Below are positions 24,140-36,994 of a stretch of DNA of 54,328 nucleotides, in pieces. The stretch is from Phoronis australis (lineage: Eukaryota; Animalia; Phoronida). Within the stretch, counting starts at the first letter, position 1. The number at the start of each line of letters is the position of its first letter. The DNA lies in assembly GCA_002633005.1 (NCBI GenBank), contig NMRA01000655.1:171526-225853 (forward strand). Direction: 5' to 3'. The notes beneath the pieces are model-generated. The model saw only the letters and a program-made list of their open reading frames with translations. It searched no databases and was not told the DNA's origin. The position numbers were made by a program, and so were the translations under genes.

Positions 24140-25432
24140 ACACATTTTGTCAAAATTGGTGGGCAACTGGGGAAAGAAAATGGTTAGCAAGAATGGAATG
24201 TTTGATATCATTTTCCACGAATGCATCGCAAATGGTGTGCTTTTAGGGTTTGTTTGTATCATCGAAATGGCCACTAGATGGTGCAAAATACGTCGAATTT
24301 GTTTGGAAACCAGAAAATGTCCTTTCTTTAAAAGAAAGCCATTTACCAAATTTCATTAAACTTCGTCGAGGAACTTCAGAGAAACAGAAGAAAACAAAAA
24401 AAAAATGAAATTGCCGCAAGGGGGCACAGTGTTCGCCGGATCCGTCTAAAAGTCATCGTATTCTCTTGTTAACTTCATATAAATACACATGCTAAGTTTA
24501 ATAAAGATCCTGCAGAGGGCGTAGGAGATACAGGTATGGGTGCAAAAAAACAAAACCGCCACTAGGAGGTGCCACAGTGCTCGAAGTCAACGGAAAATCA
24601 CCGTCAACTGTCCCCTTCATAGAAAGAACATACATGCCCACTTTCACAATCATAGTTAGAGTGATTTGGTTGACAGAGGGACGGACACCAAAAAACAGAC
24701 TCGAAAACAACAAAAATGGCCACTAGGTGGCGCAAACTATGAATCCATCCAAAAACAAAAGGATAGCATCATCTCACTAATAGATGTCTAGCTTTCAAAT
24801 TTTATGGAAATCCGTTGAGGACCTTTAAAGATACAGAGGTAAACGTAAAAAACTAAAACTGCCACTAGGGGGCACACCGGTACACCAATATGTCTGAAAG
24901 TCGTCGTTGTCCATTGTCAACTTCATATACATAAATTTGCTAAATTTAATAAAGATCCTGTAGAAGGATTAGGAGATACAGCTATGGGCGCAAAAACAAA
25001 AAAACTGCCACTAGGAGGCGCCACAGAAGGCAAAGTCGTCAGAAAATCATCGTCAACTGTCTCATCATAGTAAGAACATTCATGCCAATTTTCACAATAA
25101 TCCTTAGAATGGTTTGGTTGTTAGAGGGGCGGACGCCAAAAAAACAACTCGAAAAAAAGTACAATGGTCACTAGATGGCGCAAAATGCCTCGAATCCATC
25201 CGAAAACGAGTGGATAGCATCAACTCCTTAAAATTGATCCTATGTGCCAAATTTCATGAAACTCGGTTGAGGACCTTTGAAGATACAGAGGTGAATGTAA
25301 AAAACTAAAATTGCAACTAGGGAGCACAATGGTATTCAGGTCGGTTCGAAACTCGTCGCCCTCTGTCGTCAACCCCATAGGAACACACTTGCTAAATGTC
25401 AATAAGATCCTGCAAGGGGTTTAGGAGATACA
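24140..25432. repeat. Long-period tandem repeat (~143/146/160-bp subunits, ~448-bp higher-order unit), possibly the internal array of a non-autonomous Helentron-type element
   Basis: Blocks such as 'aataaagatcctg...aggagataca' recur at ~24500, ~24950 and ~25400, and 'ttgaggacctt..aagatacagaggt' at ~24815 and ~25268. Each subunit has a CCACTAG-R-G-G-C-type core. The element class is inferred. Confidence 0.8.
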
Positions 25433-26745
25433 ACCATTTCAGATTGGCTTGTATCCAATAAATTATCCTTAAATGTGTCAAAAACTAAAACTCTTCTATT
25501 TGGCACGTCCTTAAGACTTACAAACCAAACCCTGTCATTAAGTATGGATGGAAGTCCAATTGAGAACGTGAATTCCTTTAAATATCTGGGACTAATATAT
25601 GATCAAAATCTTAAATTCTTTCACCACGTTGATTATATCTTGAAAAAGGCGTCTCATAAAATTGGCGTATTGAAACGCAGCCAGTAAATTTGTGAACAGA
25701 GTAATACTGAAAACCCTTTTCAATGCTATCATTCAACCTCACCTAGATTATTGTCTCCCGGTGCGGGTGTTACATCTGACAAGTATATGAAAACCATCCA
25801 GGTTATCCAAAATAGGGCTGCCTGGATTATTCTGGGAGCTGGTGTTAGAGATATTAACATTGAAAACCTCCATACGGAGACTGGAAAAATTAAACTTCAC
25901 ACAAGACATCAATTCCTATCAGCTTGTTGTATGTACAAATGTTTTAAACGTCTTCTTCCAACATACTTAAGTGCTAAATTTAAGACGACTACTAATCGAT
26001 ACAATACTAGGTCCTCATTGTCATCCAACTTCAATCTTCTGAAACCCAGAAGCGAAACTGGGAAAAAATCACTTTCCTACAGCCGGCCCTATTTATGGAA
26101 AACTCTCCCTGCAGATGCCAAACCTGCAGCATCCTTGATAACCTTTAAAAGAATTATAAGAAATCGAGTTATGTGTTCGCTTTAACAAACTTACATGTAC
26201 ATTCAGTGTCCCCATATCAGACTATTTTTATTGATGTGTACATATGTGTATGTGTGTATGTATGTAGTTGTGTATTCATGTGTACATATGTGTATGTGTG
26301 TGTATGTATGTAGCTGTGTATTCATGTGTACATGTATGTTTGTTTTTATATATGTATGTATGTATGATAGTGTGTATTTATATATGTATTTATGTATGTT
26401 TATGTATGTATGTGTTTACGTATGTGTGTGTGTGTAAGAGTGCATGTGTATAAATGTGTGATATTTATATGATGTCTAACTTTTATTTATTATTTATTGT
26501 CTGTTTTTAATCATTTATATTTTAGTTAGTTATCTCGTCTTACTTTCTTTTTCTTCTATTCATCATATTTTATTTTTCATTTTGTTTCATCGGTCTTTCT
26601 GTGTTAATTTATTCTTTGCATATTATTTAAATAGTGTCTTTCATTTTGTAATTCTGTTAGTTTGTCTTACTGTCTGTTTTTACTGAGGGCCCCAATGGAA
26701 AGCAGTGAGAACTGATGGGGCTACTCTCATTGTAAATATTATATT
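25433..26745 (+). mobile_element. 3' fragment of L2/Crack(CR1-group)-like LINE with TG/TA microsatellite in its 3' UTR
   Basis: ISDWLVSNKLSLNVSKT, FKYLG, IQPHLDYC, IQNRAAWIILG, RYNTR, GKKSLSY, with stops and frameshifts. The 3' end is shared with 290-565. Confidence 0.85.
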
Positions 26746-27014
26746 GAATTTGGCCAGAAATGGAAAAGAGTTGTCATCCCCTTAACAAAATGCCATCACA
26801 GACAAATGGCACTATGAGATCAAGTAGCTTATCAGAGGCAGCATTTAGCCCAAAAAGCATATTTTATAGGTTACGATTCTTTACTTTAATCAACATTGAT
26901 TTCTTAATAACTCTACACAAAATAAATCCAAAAAAAGAAATGCACAGTTTGTAATGAGTAAGCTGTTACAGGAAATCAGGCAACTAAAAATAGTTGATAG
27001 AGTAGGGAACTTAC

Positions 27015-27134
27015 TTGAATAAAAATGTCACCAAGGACATAGCCATATGCAGTCCACTCTATGGAGACTAGAAGGTTTGCACAGGTAAGCATAAAAGGCA
27101 TAGATTCTGTACTCTTAGTCTTGACAACGACAGC
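27015..27134 (-). CDS. SLC50A1: SLC50A1 exon (AVVVKTKSTESMPFMLTCANLLVSIEWTAYGYVLGDIFIQ)
   Basis: tttcag acceptor, gtaagt donor, 120 nt, phase 0/0. Confidence 0.93.
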
Positions 27135-27715
27135 CTGAAAGGTGAAAGCACACCAAGATCTATCGACCTACAACAATTGCGAGATTTTTATAAGCAACGG
27201 AATGCCTCGACTCTTTGTAGTGGACAAAGTGCAATATACACCAAAAATAACCATGTTAATGACCAGCAGTTATTAGTAATGGCGCGTCAATCCGACAAAT
27301 ACTCCCATGGTGGATTTCGCTTGCCTTCATGTGTTGTGACTGGAATTAGAACTATGCTCAAAGTCATGGTGTGGGTTCCACATTATTATGTCTCATCAGA
27401 CACATATCTCAGCAGTTCGTGTGTACTCTATCAATACTGAAAAACACTAGACAACGAACCTAACACAAAGATGTGGTTACAAACCAAATCTGTATCAACA
27501 ATAGAAACACCGAGGCATGCTCAATATTTCAAACAGGAAGAGAAACACAGAACTGCTTTATTTGCGGAGCGGGAGAAGTGGTCGTAGTTCTTGTCACCCA
27601 AAAACTGCCAGAGATGATATTCACTCATTATCCAAAACGCTTCTCATAAACTAGAATATTGAAGTTAACTGACCCATGGAAATAACATTTTTTTCACAAT
27701 GAGCTCACCACATTT

Positions 27716-28822
27716 CAGGGCTTGGAATGATCAATGACAAAAAACGCGGAAACTTTTACGGCCCAAATCACGCGCGCTACCCAGCCTTGAAATGGTCGAT
27801 GTGATCCTTTCCCCGACAAAATAGGGAAGACTAAAAAAAAAAAACCTTACCACCATCAGTAGCATGCGTCTGCGTCCTTTTAGCTCCTCCCTCCACTCCC
27901 AACCCACACATTTTTGGCTGCAGAGCCGTAGTATTTGTCGCCGCGGTTTACAATAACACGAGGCGCCATTGAAAATCCCACCACGCTATCCCAGATGCCC
28001 CGGCAATGTTGACAATTTACGTTCCTCCGAAACATAAAGAGCAACTTCCGCTTTTCGANACCTACATTCTGCTGCTGCTGACTGTAACCACAGGTCACGA
28101 GAGTTCATGAACCAGACAGTGTATGTCCTGATGAGTGGCGAATTTGTGTGGAAAAGAAATCTTTGTGTCCGACATTCCATGTTTAAAACCCCATTTGTAA
28201 CAACTATTTATAACATATAATTAAGATGAAAGTGTTAATAATATACGCTGTTGTGGTTGCTCGGCCTAAACGCTGGGGTAAAATATATATTCAATGAACG
28301 TGACCATGGTGAGGATACTAAACCGGGCCCGGCCCCTTTTCCGCCCAGCGAGATTTTAGCAACTTCACAACCATAATTTTAATTAGGTTGAAATATAACC
28401 ACTATATTTTTTAAATTATGCTTGAATTATACATGGTGATGTACATGTTAGGTTTTATTCTCTGCGATATTTTCTTTTTCGTTCAGTGTCTCGTTAGCCA
28501 ACAACACTGAGCCCAGCAGACCGGACTGGCCGTGGCACGACACGGCAGATGATGGTTCACCAAGTAGACACGTCTGTATTTTATGTTCTATCAACACAAG
28601 ATTCAGTTCACACAAGAATGTCACATGACTGTAAGCAGCCCAGCGCCATCTGTTTGCCGTAAAGGTTTTGGATGAGCGGGTACCTTTTGCGTCTGCAAGG
28701 GTATTTGCCGCGGAAATTTTATATCAAATCCGATTTTTTTACGCGGAAATATAATAAAATGCACGTACAGAACATTTGAAAAAAGCGGAAATCCGCGTTT
28801 CCGCGGAAAATTCCAAGCCCTG
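27716..28822. mobile_element. Non-autonomous hAT-like element
   Basis: 13-bp TIR CAGGGCTTGGAAT / ATTCCAAGCCCTG, subterminal cgcggaaa repeats, and flanks acattt / tcattt (imperfect 6-bp duplication). Confidence 0.75.
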
Positions 28823-28969
28823 TCATTTGTCCTACACTAATTGGTTGTCGCCAAGATATAACGCTTTCTAGCGCTTTCTGGGCTCAACACTAGTATATTG
28901 TGCTTTTTTTTAATAAACGTTATAAAAACTGTTGCTGCCCCTTTCCCAGTACAAAAATACTTACAGTAA

Positions 28970-29382
28970 ACTGTTTTAGTTATAGCACGAATGACATGTG
29001 GTTCTGACATAATTCATAGTGTACTGTTTTAGTTGTAGCACCAATGACATGTGGTTCTGACGTAATTCATAGTGTACTGTTTTAGTTATAGCACCAATGA
29101 CATGTGATTCTGGCATAATTCATAGTGTACTGTTTTAGTTATAGCACCAATGACATGTGGTTCTGGCATAATTCATAGTGTACTGTTTTAGTTATAGCAC
29201 CAATGACATGTGGTTCTGGCATAATCTATAGTGTACTGTTTTAGTTATAGCACCAATGACATGTGGTTCTGGCATAATTCATAGTGTACTGTTTTAGTTG
29301 TAGCACCAATGACATGTGGTTCTGACATAATTCATAATGTACTGTTTTAGTTGTAGCACGAATGACATGTGGTTCTGACGTA
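28970..29382. repeat. 53-bp minisatellite, ~7.8 copies
   Basis: Unit gtactgttttagttatagcaccaatgacatgtggttctggcataattcatagt. Confidence 0.93.
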
Positions 29383-29533
29383 AACTTCTGGATTTGCCCG
29401 TCTATCATTCGGTTAGAATAGCTGTTGTTTACAAGGGTCTGTTTAATGCAAGAAAATTCGCCAGTTAATACTTCTCAGGGCAGCCATTTTCAGCATCATG
29501 ACAAGATCCTATGTCAGTAAGTTTGCCATAAAC

Positions 29534-31705
29534 TATTGCTATTGAGGATCAGATCCGAAACTATATTGTATTCTAAAAAGAAACAATCTGAAACACGGAA
29601 AAAAGTAAAATTTCTTGAAAATCAAATATCTTATCTTGTAAAATTAGCAGACGAATCTACATCTGGCTTATTCGATACTATTTTAGATCAAAAAATGAGG
29701 GATTTGGAAGACTGTAGAGATTACATTATGAGAGGACATCAGATCAGAGTGCGCGCAAGGTGGGTTGAAAATGGCGAAAAACCTTCAAAATATTTTGCCA
29801 ATTTGGAAAAAAGAAATTATGTTAATAAAAATGTTACTAAATTAGTTATAGACACTCACAAGAATACTGCAATCACCGAGCAAAGTGCACTTCTACATAA
29901 CATTTGTGATTTTTATAAATCTCTCTATGCATGTAAAGATGATCTCCTTGATGATGTTAATTTGAACGCTCTGTTCCCGCCGTCACTACATGTTCCACGA
30001 TTAACCAATGACGATAGTAAGCGTTTAGACGGCGAGATCACAGTGTCCGAAGCAGTCAATGTGATCAAATTGATGGTTTTAGTGTGGAATTCTTTAAATT
30101 TTCTTGGAATAATTTATCTGTATTTTTGGTTAATTCATTTAATAACAGTTTTGCTCGTGGTTCCATGCCCCCAAGTCAAATTCAGGGCGTGATCACTATT
30201 ATTCCAAAAGGTAAAAAGCCGCGTGAATTCTTGAGCAATTGGCGCCCCATTTCTCTCTTAAATACAAGTTATAAAGTTTTATCAGGTTGTATTGCACATC
30301 GTATTAAAAGCGTCATTACCAAAATCATTCATGAAAATCAGAAAGGCTTTATCAAGGGGAGGTTTATTGGTGAAAATATTAGAACCATCTACGACATTTT
30401 AAATTGCTCAGAAGAATATGATATACCCGGTCTGATAGTTCAAATTGACTTTGAGAAAGCCTTCGATTCCATTTCGTGGAAAATGATCTACAAAACCCTA
30501 TCTTTTTTCAACTTTGGTAAAAACCTAATTNAAAAAACCTTCTTCATGTTGGGGCCAAATTTTATAGTCAATGCCCGGGAATTTTTAAGAATGTCTTTTG
30601 GAAAGAGGTATTTTTAGTTGTTGGGGAAGTACTCTCTAGTATCTCAGATTATCACATTAAAGAGGAATTTTATTACGAACCACTCTGGTATAATGAACAT
30701 ATTTTGATTGATAAAAAGTCTGTTTTCTACAATGACTGGTATAAAAGAGGTATAGTTTTTATTCACGATTTGTTGAACCATAATGGTTATTTTATGTCTT
30801 ACCAGTGTTTTTGTGAAAGATACAGGTTTTCTCCATCATTTACATCTTTTTGGGGTATTCGAAGTGCAATTCGTCAAACTATTCGTCATTCTCAAATTAG
30901 GCCATGTAGTGAAATTGAGATAACCTTGCCTTTTTGCACAACATTTAATTCCATTCTTATATCGAGACAAAAAGTCAATAAACAAATTTATACCCACTTA
31001 ATACAAAAACTATATAAAAAACCCAAATTTGAGGAAAATTGGGAAAAACAGTTGAATACTGTAATTCCCCGTGAGTGGTGGAGAAAAGCTTATTCTTATT
31101 CTATTAACTTTTCTTGTGATGTCCAGCTTAAATGGTTTCAAATACGTTGAACTCACAGACTACTCGGAACCAATAAGTTTTTGAGTAAGATTGGTGTTAG
31201 AAATTCAGATAGTTGTACTTTTTGTAATTCTCATTCTGAAGACATTTTTCACTTGTATTGGTCTTGTTTACGTGTCCAAAGTTTTTGGAAAACTGTTGAA
31301 AACTGGATAAAAAACCTCTGCGGAATTGATATGAAACTTGATCATTTTTACGTAATTTTTGGCTCCTTTAATGGACCAAAAAGTCATAAATCTACTTTTA
31401 TGTTTAGGCAAGTACCACATACACAAGCAAAGACTTCAGAATGTAGAACCATGTTTTGCACTTTTTAAACATTTTGTTTTTGATTACTACAAAGTAGAAA
31501 AGGTTATGTACTATAACCAGTGGAGGTATCTAGACTTCGAGGAACGATGGCCCCTCTAGCACCTTTGTTTTAATTTACACTACATACAACCAATGGCCCC
31601 CCTGTGTATGAATGTGAGCGTGACTGTGTGCATGAATGTTTATACTGTTTGGCTTTATTGTATTTGCATTACGATAACAATAAAACGTTTTGACAAAAAA
31701 AAAAA
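29534..31705 (+). mobile_element. 5'-truncated L1/Tx1-like LINE with polyA tail and 15-bp TSD
   Basis: GEKPSKYFANLEK, NWRPISLLNTSYK, QKGFIKGRFIGENIR, IDFEKAFDSISW and a C-terminal CTFC...H...C knuckle. AATAAA at 31679 and polyA at 31695-31707. TSD AAGTTTGCCATAAAC at 29519-29533 and 31706-31720. Confidence 0.93.
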
Positions 31706-32803
31706 AAGTTTGCCATAAACGGATGTACCAAAATCCTGAGTCACATTGTTCAACCAGTACATCCAAATAGGGTATTTTTCAATCAACGGCAGTTTCATAT
31801 GCAAATTTTAGGACTGAATTATCATGATATTTACGTTTTAACGACAATAGTTGTCACTATGAAAATGTCATTGACATACCTACGATACACCTGAACATTT
31901 TCAACATTTGGTCATACATATAAATCTGCGAATGTTGGCCCTAGGTGGAACCTATACTCACTCCTTCAACTTGTAGAAATGTTTCATCACCTACATGTTT
32001 GAAGGGTACCTAAGTAGCGCATATACGTTGCAGTTCATGCAGTGCCCCATGTGGGATGCCAGGTGGTTTCATGTGTAGGTGGTCGTCAAAATAATGTCAC
32101 GACCTTTACTATGATGTGTCACTACTCAATGAGGTCTCATTTTATGTCTTGCCTTCAATGAATGTAGTGTACATTCGAAGTACTGCAGTCTGATATAATT
32201 TTTAAAACAATATTTCCATCGTTTGTTCTTTTAATGATGTCGCTCGTGGAGCTACTGCAAAGATGCGATCTGCGCACAAGGAGTATTTTTAGACAATACG
32301 GGAAATGCTGAAAGAAGTTATCCAACAATCAATGTCGAATTGTTCGTAATGAAATCTGCACTACTACCGAATTACAGTAATCTGCATTCTCAAAACTTGG
32401 TGCTGAGAGTAAAAAGTAGTCATTTACTGTTTAGATGTCTTATTATTAAAATGAGAAAAACGATCATGATTTTGAACACCAGAAGTCACTTAACTAATCT
32501 GACTAATGAATAACGCACAAGGGTTTAACTGTCGTCACTTGGGAAGAATTCAAATTTCAGAGTGAAATACTTGCCTTTATTCATACATTTTTTGGCCTAT
32601 GAACACACTAATTATTGTGTTGTTGCACTTTACTTAGCATGCTAACCACTTAGTCAGAATCCACATAATGGACTATCCATTCATTACCAATGTCAAACAA
32701 AGTGTGACATGAGAGCTCCACTGTAGTACACGTCATTCTCAAAAAAATAAAAACTACAATAGCAATTGTGGTTTCCCAGAAACTTGGCGACATCGGTGCT
32801 TAC

Positions 32804-32965
32804 CACAAGACTAAGCGGAGACCCATATGACACCATGGTGAAGAGTGTTCCTACTATGCCCAGCTTTGCAGCTGCACTGTCCTCGTTCACGGTGAAATAC
32901 TTGATGTAGGTCAGAAGACCAACGATGAGAAGAAATGCCAATGCCAATTTACGGTGAAGATGGTG
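32804..32965 (-). CDS. SLC50A1: SLC50A1 exon (HHLHRKLALAFLLIVGLLTYIKYFTVNEDSAAAKLGIVGTLFTMVSYGSPLSLV)
   Basis: tttacag acceptor, gtaagc donor, 162 nt, TM4-TM5 with SPL motif. Confidence 0.93.
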
Positions 32966-33550
32966 CTGTAAAGGAAAAGTTAATACGGAAAATCCTTTTG
33001 TGTACTGGAATTTGAAAGGGGCGTGGTAATTGAAATTTTGACATTTGGACAGAGAAAAAGTATTTTTCTGATGAAAAATTGTCTCGTCTCAAATGTCAGA
33101 TAACTGTGTGCAAGGTAACGTGTTTGAAAATGAACATATTTTAAAGTGGACATGGTATTATTTAGAAAATGTATCAAACTGTTAAAATTTTGCAACATTT
33201 TTTGTACACAACAAAATGCAGCACAACTTTCAGAAACATGAATTTAACCAAAAATCATCTGCATCTGCTTTGTCAGACACAAAAAAGCTAGTTTCAATCC
33301 TCCAAACTTGAGAGACTGTTCTAAATTGAAGCATTCCTGATGGGCAGATCCATCAATTTTTTATGTATGGATGGTCAACAGAGTTGAGAATAAATGCACA
33401 GAAACCACATGACAAAGACCGACGTTTTAGAATTAGTGATTTGGTTCTGCAAGCTGCTACACCATAATTAGTACCTTCCAGGAAAGCTAATTACCCCGAG
33501 TGAGGCTGTAATAAAATAATAGATAAAGAACCAAATAATAAGTGACAAAC

Positions 33551-33674
33551 CTTTTGCAAAGTGTGAAAGTAGAAGAATGCTAAAAACAAAGCATTGAGAA
33601 TGACAGCCGTCATGTTGACGATGATTAGAGCCACATTGTGCTTCATTAGTCCATATTTCATCCACACTATGGCA
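33551..33674 (-). CDS. SLC50A1: SLC50A1 exon (AIVWMKYGLMKHNVALIIVNMTAVILNALFLAFFYFHTLQK)
   Basis: ttgcag acceptor, gtttgt donor, 124 nt; phase 2 in, phase 0 out. Confidence 0.92.
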
Positions 33675-34207
33675 CTGCAACAGACAACAGAACTACAGTA
33701 TGCTCAAGAACAGCACTACCAACATCATACATCACAGATAACGCATTGCCCAATTTCAATATAGAAATTTCCAGAGGAGGCGCCAGTCTCTTCTAATGCA
33801 CATAGGTTTTGGCTACTGAACAGATGATGTAGTTGCCATAAGTAAAATGTGCCATCACACCAGGCGCCGCTAGTGAATAGCGATGTCGTGGCCAATAGAA
33901 AACCTACATGTACAATATTGTTGGTTGCAGCTTATGAGCAGGACCACAAGTCTGTACACTGAGGATATACAGAGTCAGCGGTCTAAGCACAGTAGTCTGT
34001 TGACATAACCGACTTACTGCAAATGTGAACAATGCATAACCCTGCAAAACACACTTCATCAAATAGTACGTCACCAATTAACACACAACATAATGTGCTT
34101 TTTTAACAAAATAACATTAATTGCAACTCATTGCAAGAGATTACAATTGCAAATCAAAATCTGCTATTAGTCTATTAGATAAGTACAACTGCACACTTGT
34201 TCATGTA

Positions 34208-34385
34208 ATTCCTGTAAGTATATGTTTAGTCATTACTAGAATTCTGCACTATTCCTGTAAGTATATGTTTAGTCATTACTAGAATACTGCACTATTCCTG
34301 TAAGTATATGTTTAGTCATTACTAGAATACTGCACTATTCCTGTAAGTATATGTTTAGTCATTACTAGAATACTGCACTATTCCT
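34208..34385. repeat. 43-bp minisatellite, ~4 copies
   Basis: Unit attcctgtaagtatatgtttagtcattactagaatactgcact. Confidence 0.92.
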
Positions 34386-34792
34386 AATGGGTCCACCGAT
34401 CAAGCTCTGGCTATGTAAGATAATATATATCATCAGTTTAGGACACAATGTGGCTAGCAAGAGAAATTTCATTTTTTTCATATTCCATGAAATATTAATT
34501 GAACTGAACAAATCCTTTACTGTTCTAAAGTTCTATTACAGCTACCATCAGACACTGTTTTGAGATGTTGTGAAGCATTTGCAAAATTGGTGACTCATTA
34601 CCAACCGTTCTTTTCAAAAGTGCTGTCAGAGCTTTAGTTTCATTTTAGCCATAGGACTTAAACTGTTGACCTTGGCCTGAGCCTGCTCACTGGAAAACCA
34701 CCATTGCACTAATGGTTGGCAGATGAGTATAAGCAGTAATGATCAGATAGGGTCTCAATAGAAGAGGTTGGTAGGAACTTTACAGTGATTAA

Positions 34793-36127
34793 AGGCGAAG
34801 ACAACCTTTTTTCATGTCATTTTTTGCAGAAATAAGGTTCGTTGATTATCCCAGATATATTTTTCACTTATTTACTGCTTTTCGTAATTTAATTAATTAC
34901 TCGTCGTCTACTCCGGAAGTGACGTTTTGGGAGGCAAGAATTTCGTGCCAATTTCTTTTCATATAGTCTTGACTGTGAGAGCAGTCGAGTCAGTCATTGT
35001 TCTACCTCGGTTGTGATAAGTTCGGTCGTCGTTTGCTTTTGCTTACAAGTCAGTCAACATGCCACGCTGTTGCTGCGTACTGGGGTGTACTCATTATCGT
35101 CTCACGTACAGAGGAAGAACTGTCCCACTTGGCCGAGTGTCCCGCGACACACTCCCACTGGAGGGTGATCTGAGCACCCAAACTTCTTACATCCCGCCGT
35201 GTGACTCCCGTGCCACACACCTGGCACCTTCCAAATAGCTCCAATACACGTCCACAATAAACTTATCAAACTTAGGCTCACCGCTCTGTTCATTGGATGA
35301 TGAACTATCCCTTTCAGTGGATGTCAAACTGGGCCTGTATTCACTCCCACTACTCAACATCGCTGCAGGGCTGCTTGCAGGCTCTGGGCTAGAGACAACG
35401 GCACAGGGCAAATCACTGCTAGTTCCCGGAATTGCACGCAATGGGGTACGTTCGGAGGCACGGGTAACAGTAGATGAAGTGCCTCCAGTCACTGTATATA
35501 GTGGCCACAGCTCGCGAGGCTTCTCGCTTCAAAAACGCACTTCTCGGGGTTGGCGACGGGGCACTGCCAGGAATTAACAGCGACTGTATGGTACCCTTCT
35601 TCAGGCGTTGTTTCACAGGGACCTTCATCAATTCAGCGTACATATCTGTCATAATCTGACGGCAGAAAATGCTTGCCACACACTCGGTAACCCTCCATTG
35701 CTTTGTAAGTTGCGTGGATGGGTAGCACTGCATTCTTCACATGAACGAGCTAGCCAAGTACGGCGAAGTGTGTCATCTTTTGGAAAGTGACTCAAGATAA
35801 CCAAAGCGCGTGTGAGACAATAATGAGTACATCCCGGCATGCAGCAACAGCGTGGCATGTTGACTGACTTGTAAACAAAAGCAAACATCTACCAAACTTA
35901 TCACAAACGAGGTAGAACAATGACTGACTCGACAGCTCTCACAGTCAGATTATAATGAAAAGAAATTGCCGCGAAACTCTTGCCTCCCAAGACGTCACTT
36001 CCGGAGAACAGGACGAGAAATTAATAATCAAATTACGAAAAGCTGTAATTAAGTGAAAAATGCGTCTGGGAAAATCAACGAACCTTATTTTTGCTAAAAG
36101 TGACATGAAAAAAGGCTGCCTTCGCCT
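34793..36127 (-). mobile_element. Non-autonomous Kolobok-like DNA transposon, copy 2 (inverted relative to copy 1), in an SLC50A1 intron
   Basis: TTAA at 34789-34792 and 36128-36131, with ~315-bp TIRs. THAP start MPRCCCMPGCTHY...HFPKD...W, frameshifted downstream. Confidence 0.82.
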
Positions 36128-36463
36128 TTAAGCAGTGTACTAGTAATCATTTTGTCCTCTCAGAGATTGCAGTGCCAATGAGGTGTAGAAAGTCAGAGGG
36201 ACCCCAGCAATTTGAGCACCACCCAGTCATATTTTTTTGTCCAATTCCCTCGGATGCCACAATGTTACCTCGATCTTTGCCCATTCCCTGATAGCCACGA
36301 TATCCAAATTAGTCTTTCTGCGGTTAACACAGCTTTCACTCTCCACAGATATAGTGATGTTCTGGATTAAGAAAGCATCGAAAACACCTTCTATTAATTA
36401 CTTGGAAGAGAATCCAGTCACTAGCTGTTTAATGATTCCAACTTATACATCAGTCACACTCAC

Positions 36464-36541
36464 CTGGAGAGCATGCACAGAAGTGGGAAACAGGAAAAGT
36501 CGACAGTGCTACCACGTGCTTTGATCTTCATGCATGTTGGG
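36464..36541 (-). CDS. SLC50A1: SLC50A1 exon (PTCMKIKARGSTVDFSCFPLLCMLS)
   Basis: ttgcag acceptor, gtgagt donor, 78 nt, phase 2/2. Confidence 0.9.
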
Positions 36542-36846
36542 CTGCAAGATCAAGCATGGGATTTAGTCACAGTACCACATACACAATCATCAGATATCTA
36601 GCACCAAAAGTAATCATCATGATGAGCAATGACAAGCCATGAATATTCTGACAGGAAATTCTACTTGAGCTCAGTTGCCAGAGGAATTCTGGGTCATTTT
36701 GTCAGATTACTTTTTGGCATGTACTGTGTAAACAATCACACACGCACGCACGCATGCACACAAACGTTCTTGAACTTGAGCTGTCTACCTTGTGTAATGA
36801 ATGAACAAGGGGATTTTGTGGAAATAATCCCTGAAATAAGTCGTGA

Positions 36847-36994
36847 GTATACAGATCAGAGATTGGTGGCCTCGTCAATGGCAGTATAGAGACCAGAAAT
36901 TGGTGGCCTCATCAGTAGCAGTATACAGACCAGAGATTGGTGGCCTCATCACTAGCAGTATACAGACCAGAGATTTGTGGCCTCATCAGTAGCA
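36847..36994. repeat. 37-bp minisatellite, ~4 diverged copies
   Basis: Unit gtatacagaccagagattggtggcctcatca(c/g)tagca. Confidence 0.85.

Noticed and set aside
26195-26453. Cys/Met/Val/Tyr-rich ORFs
   Set aside because: Translation of a TG/TA microsatellite.
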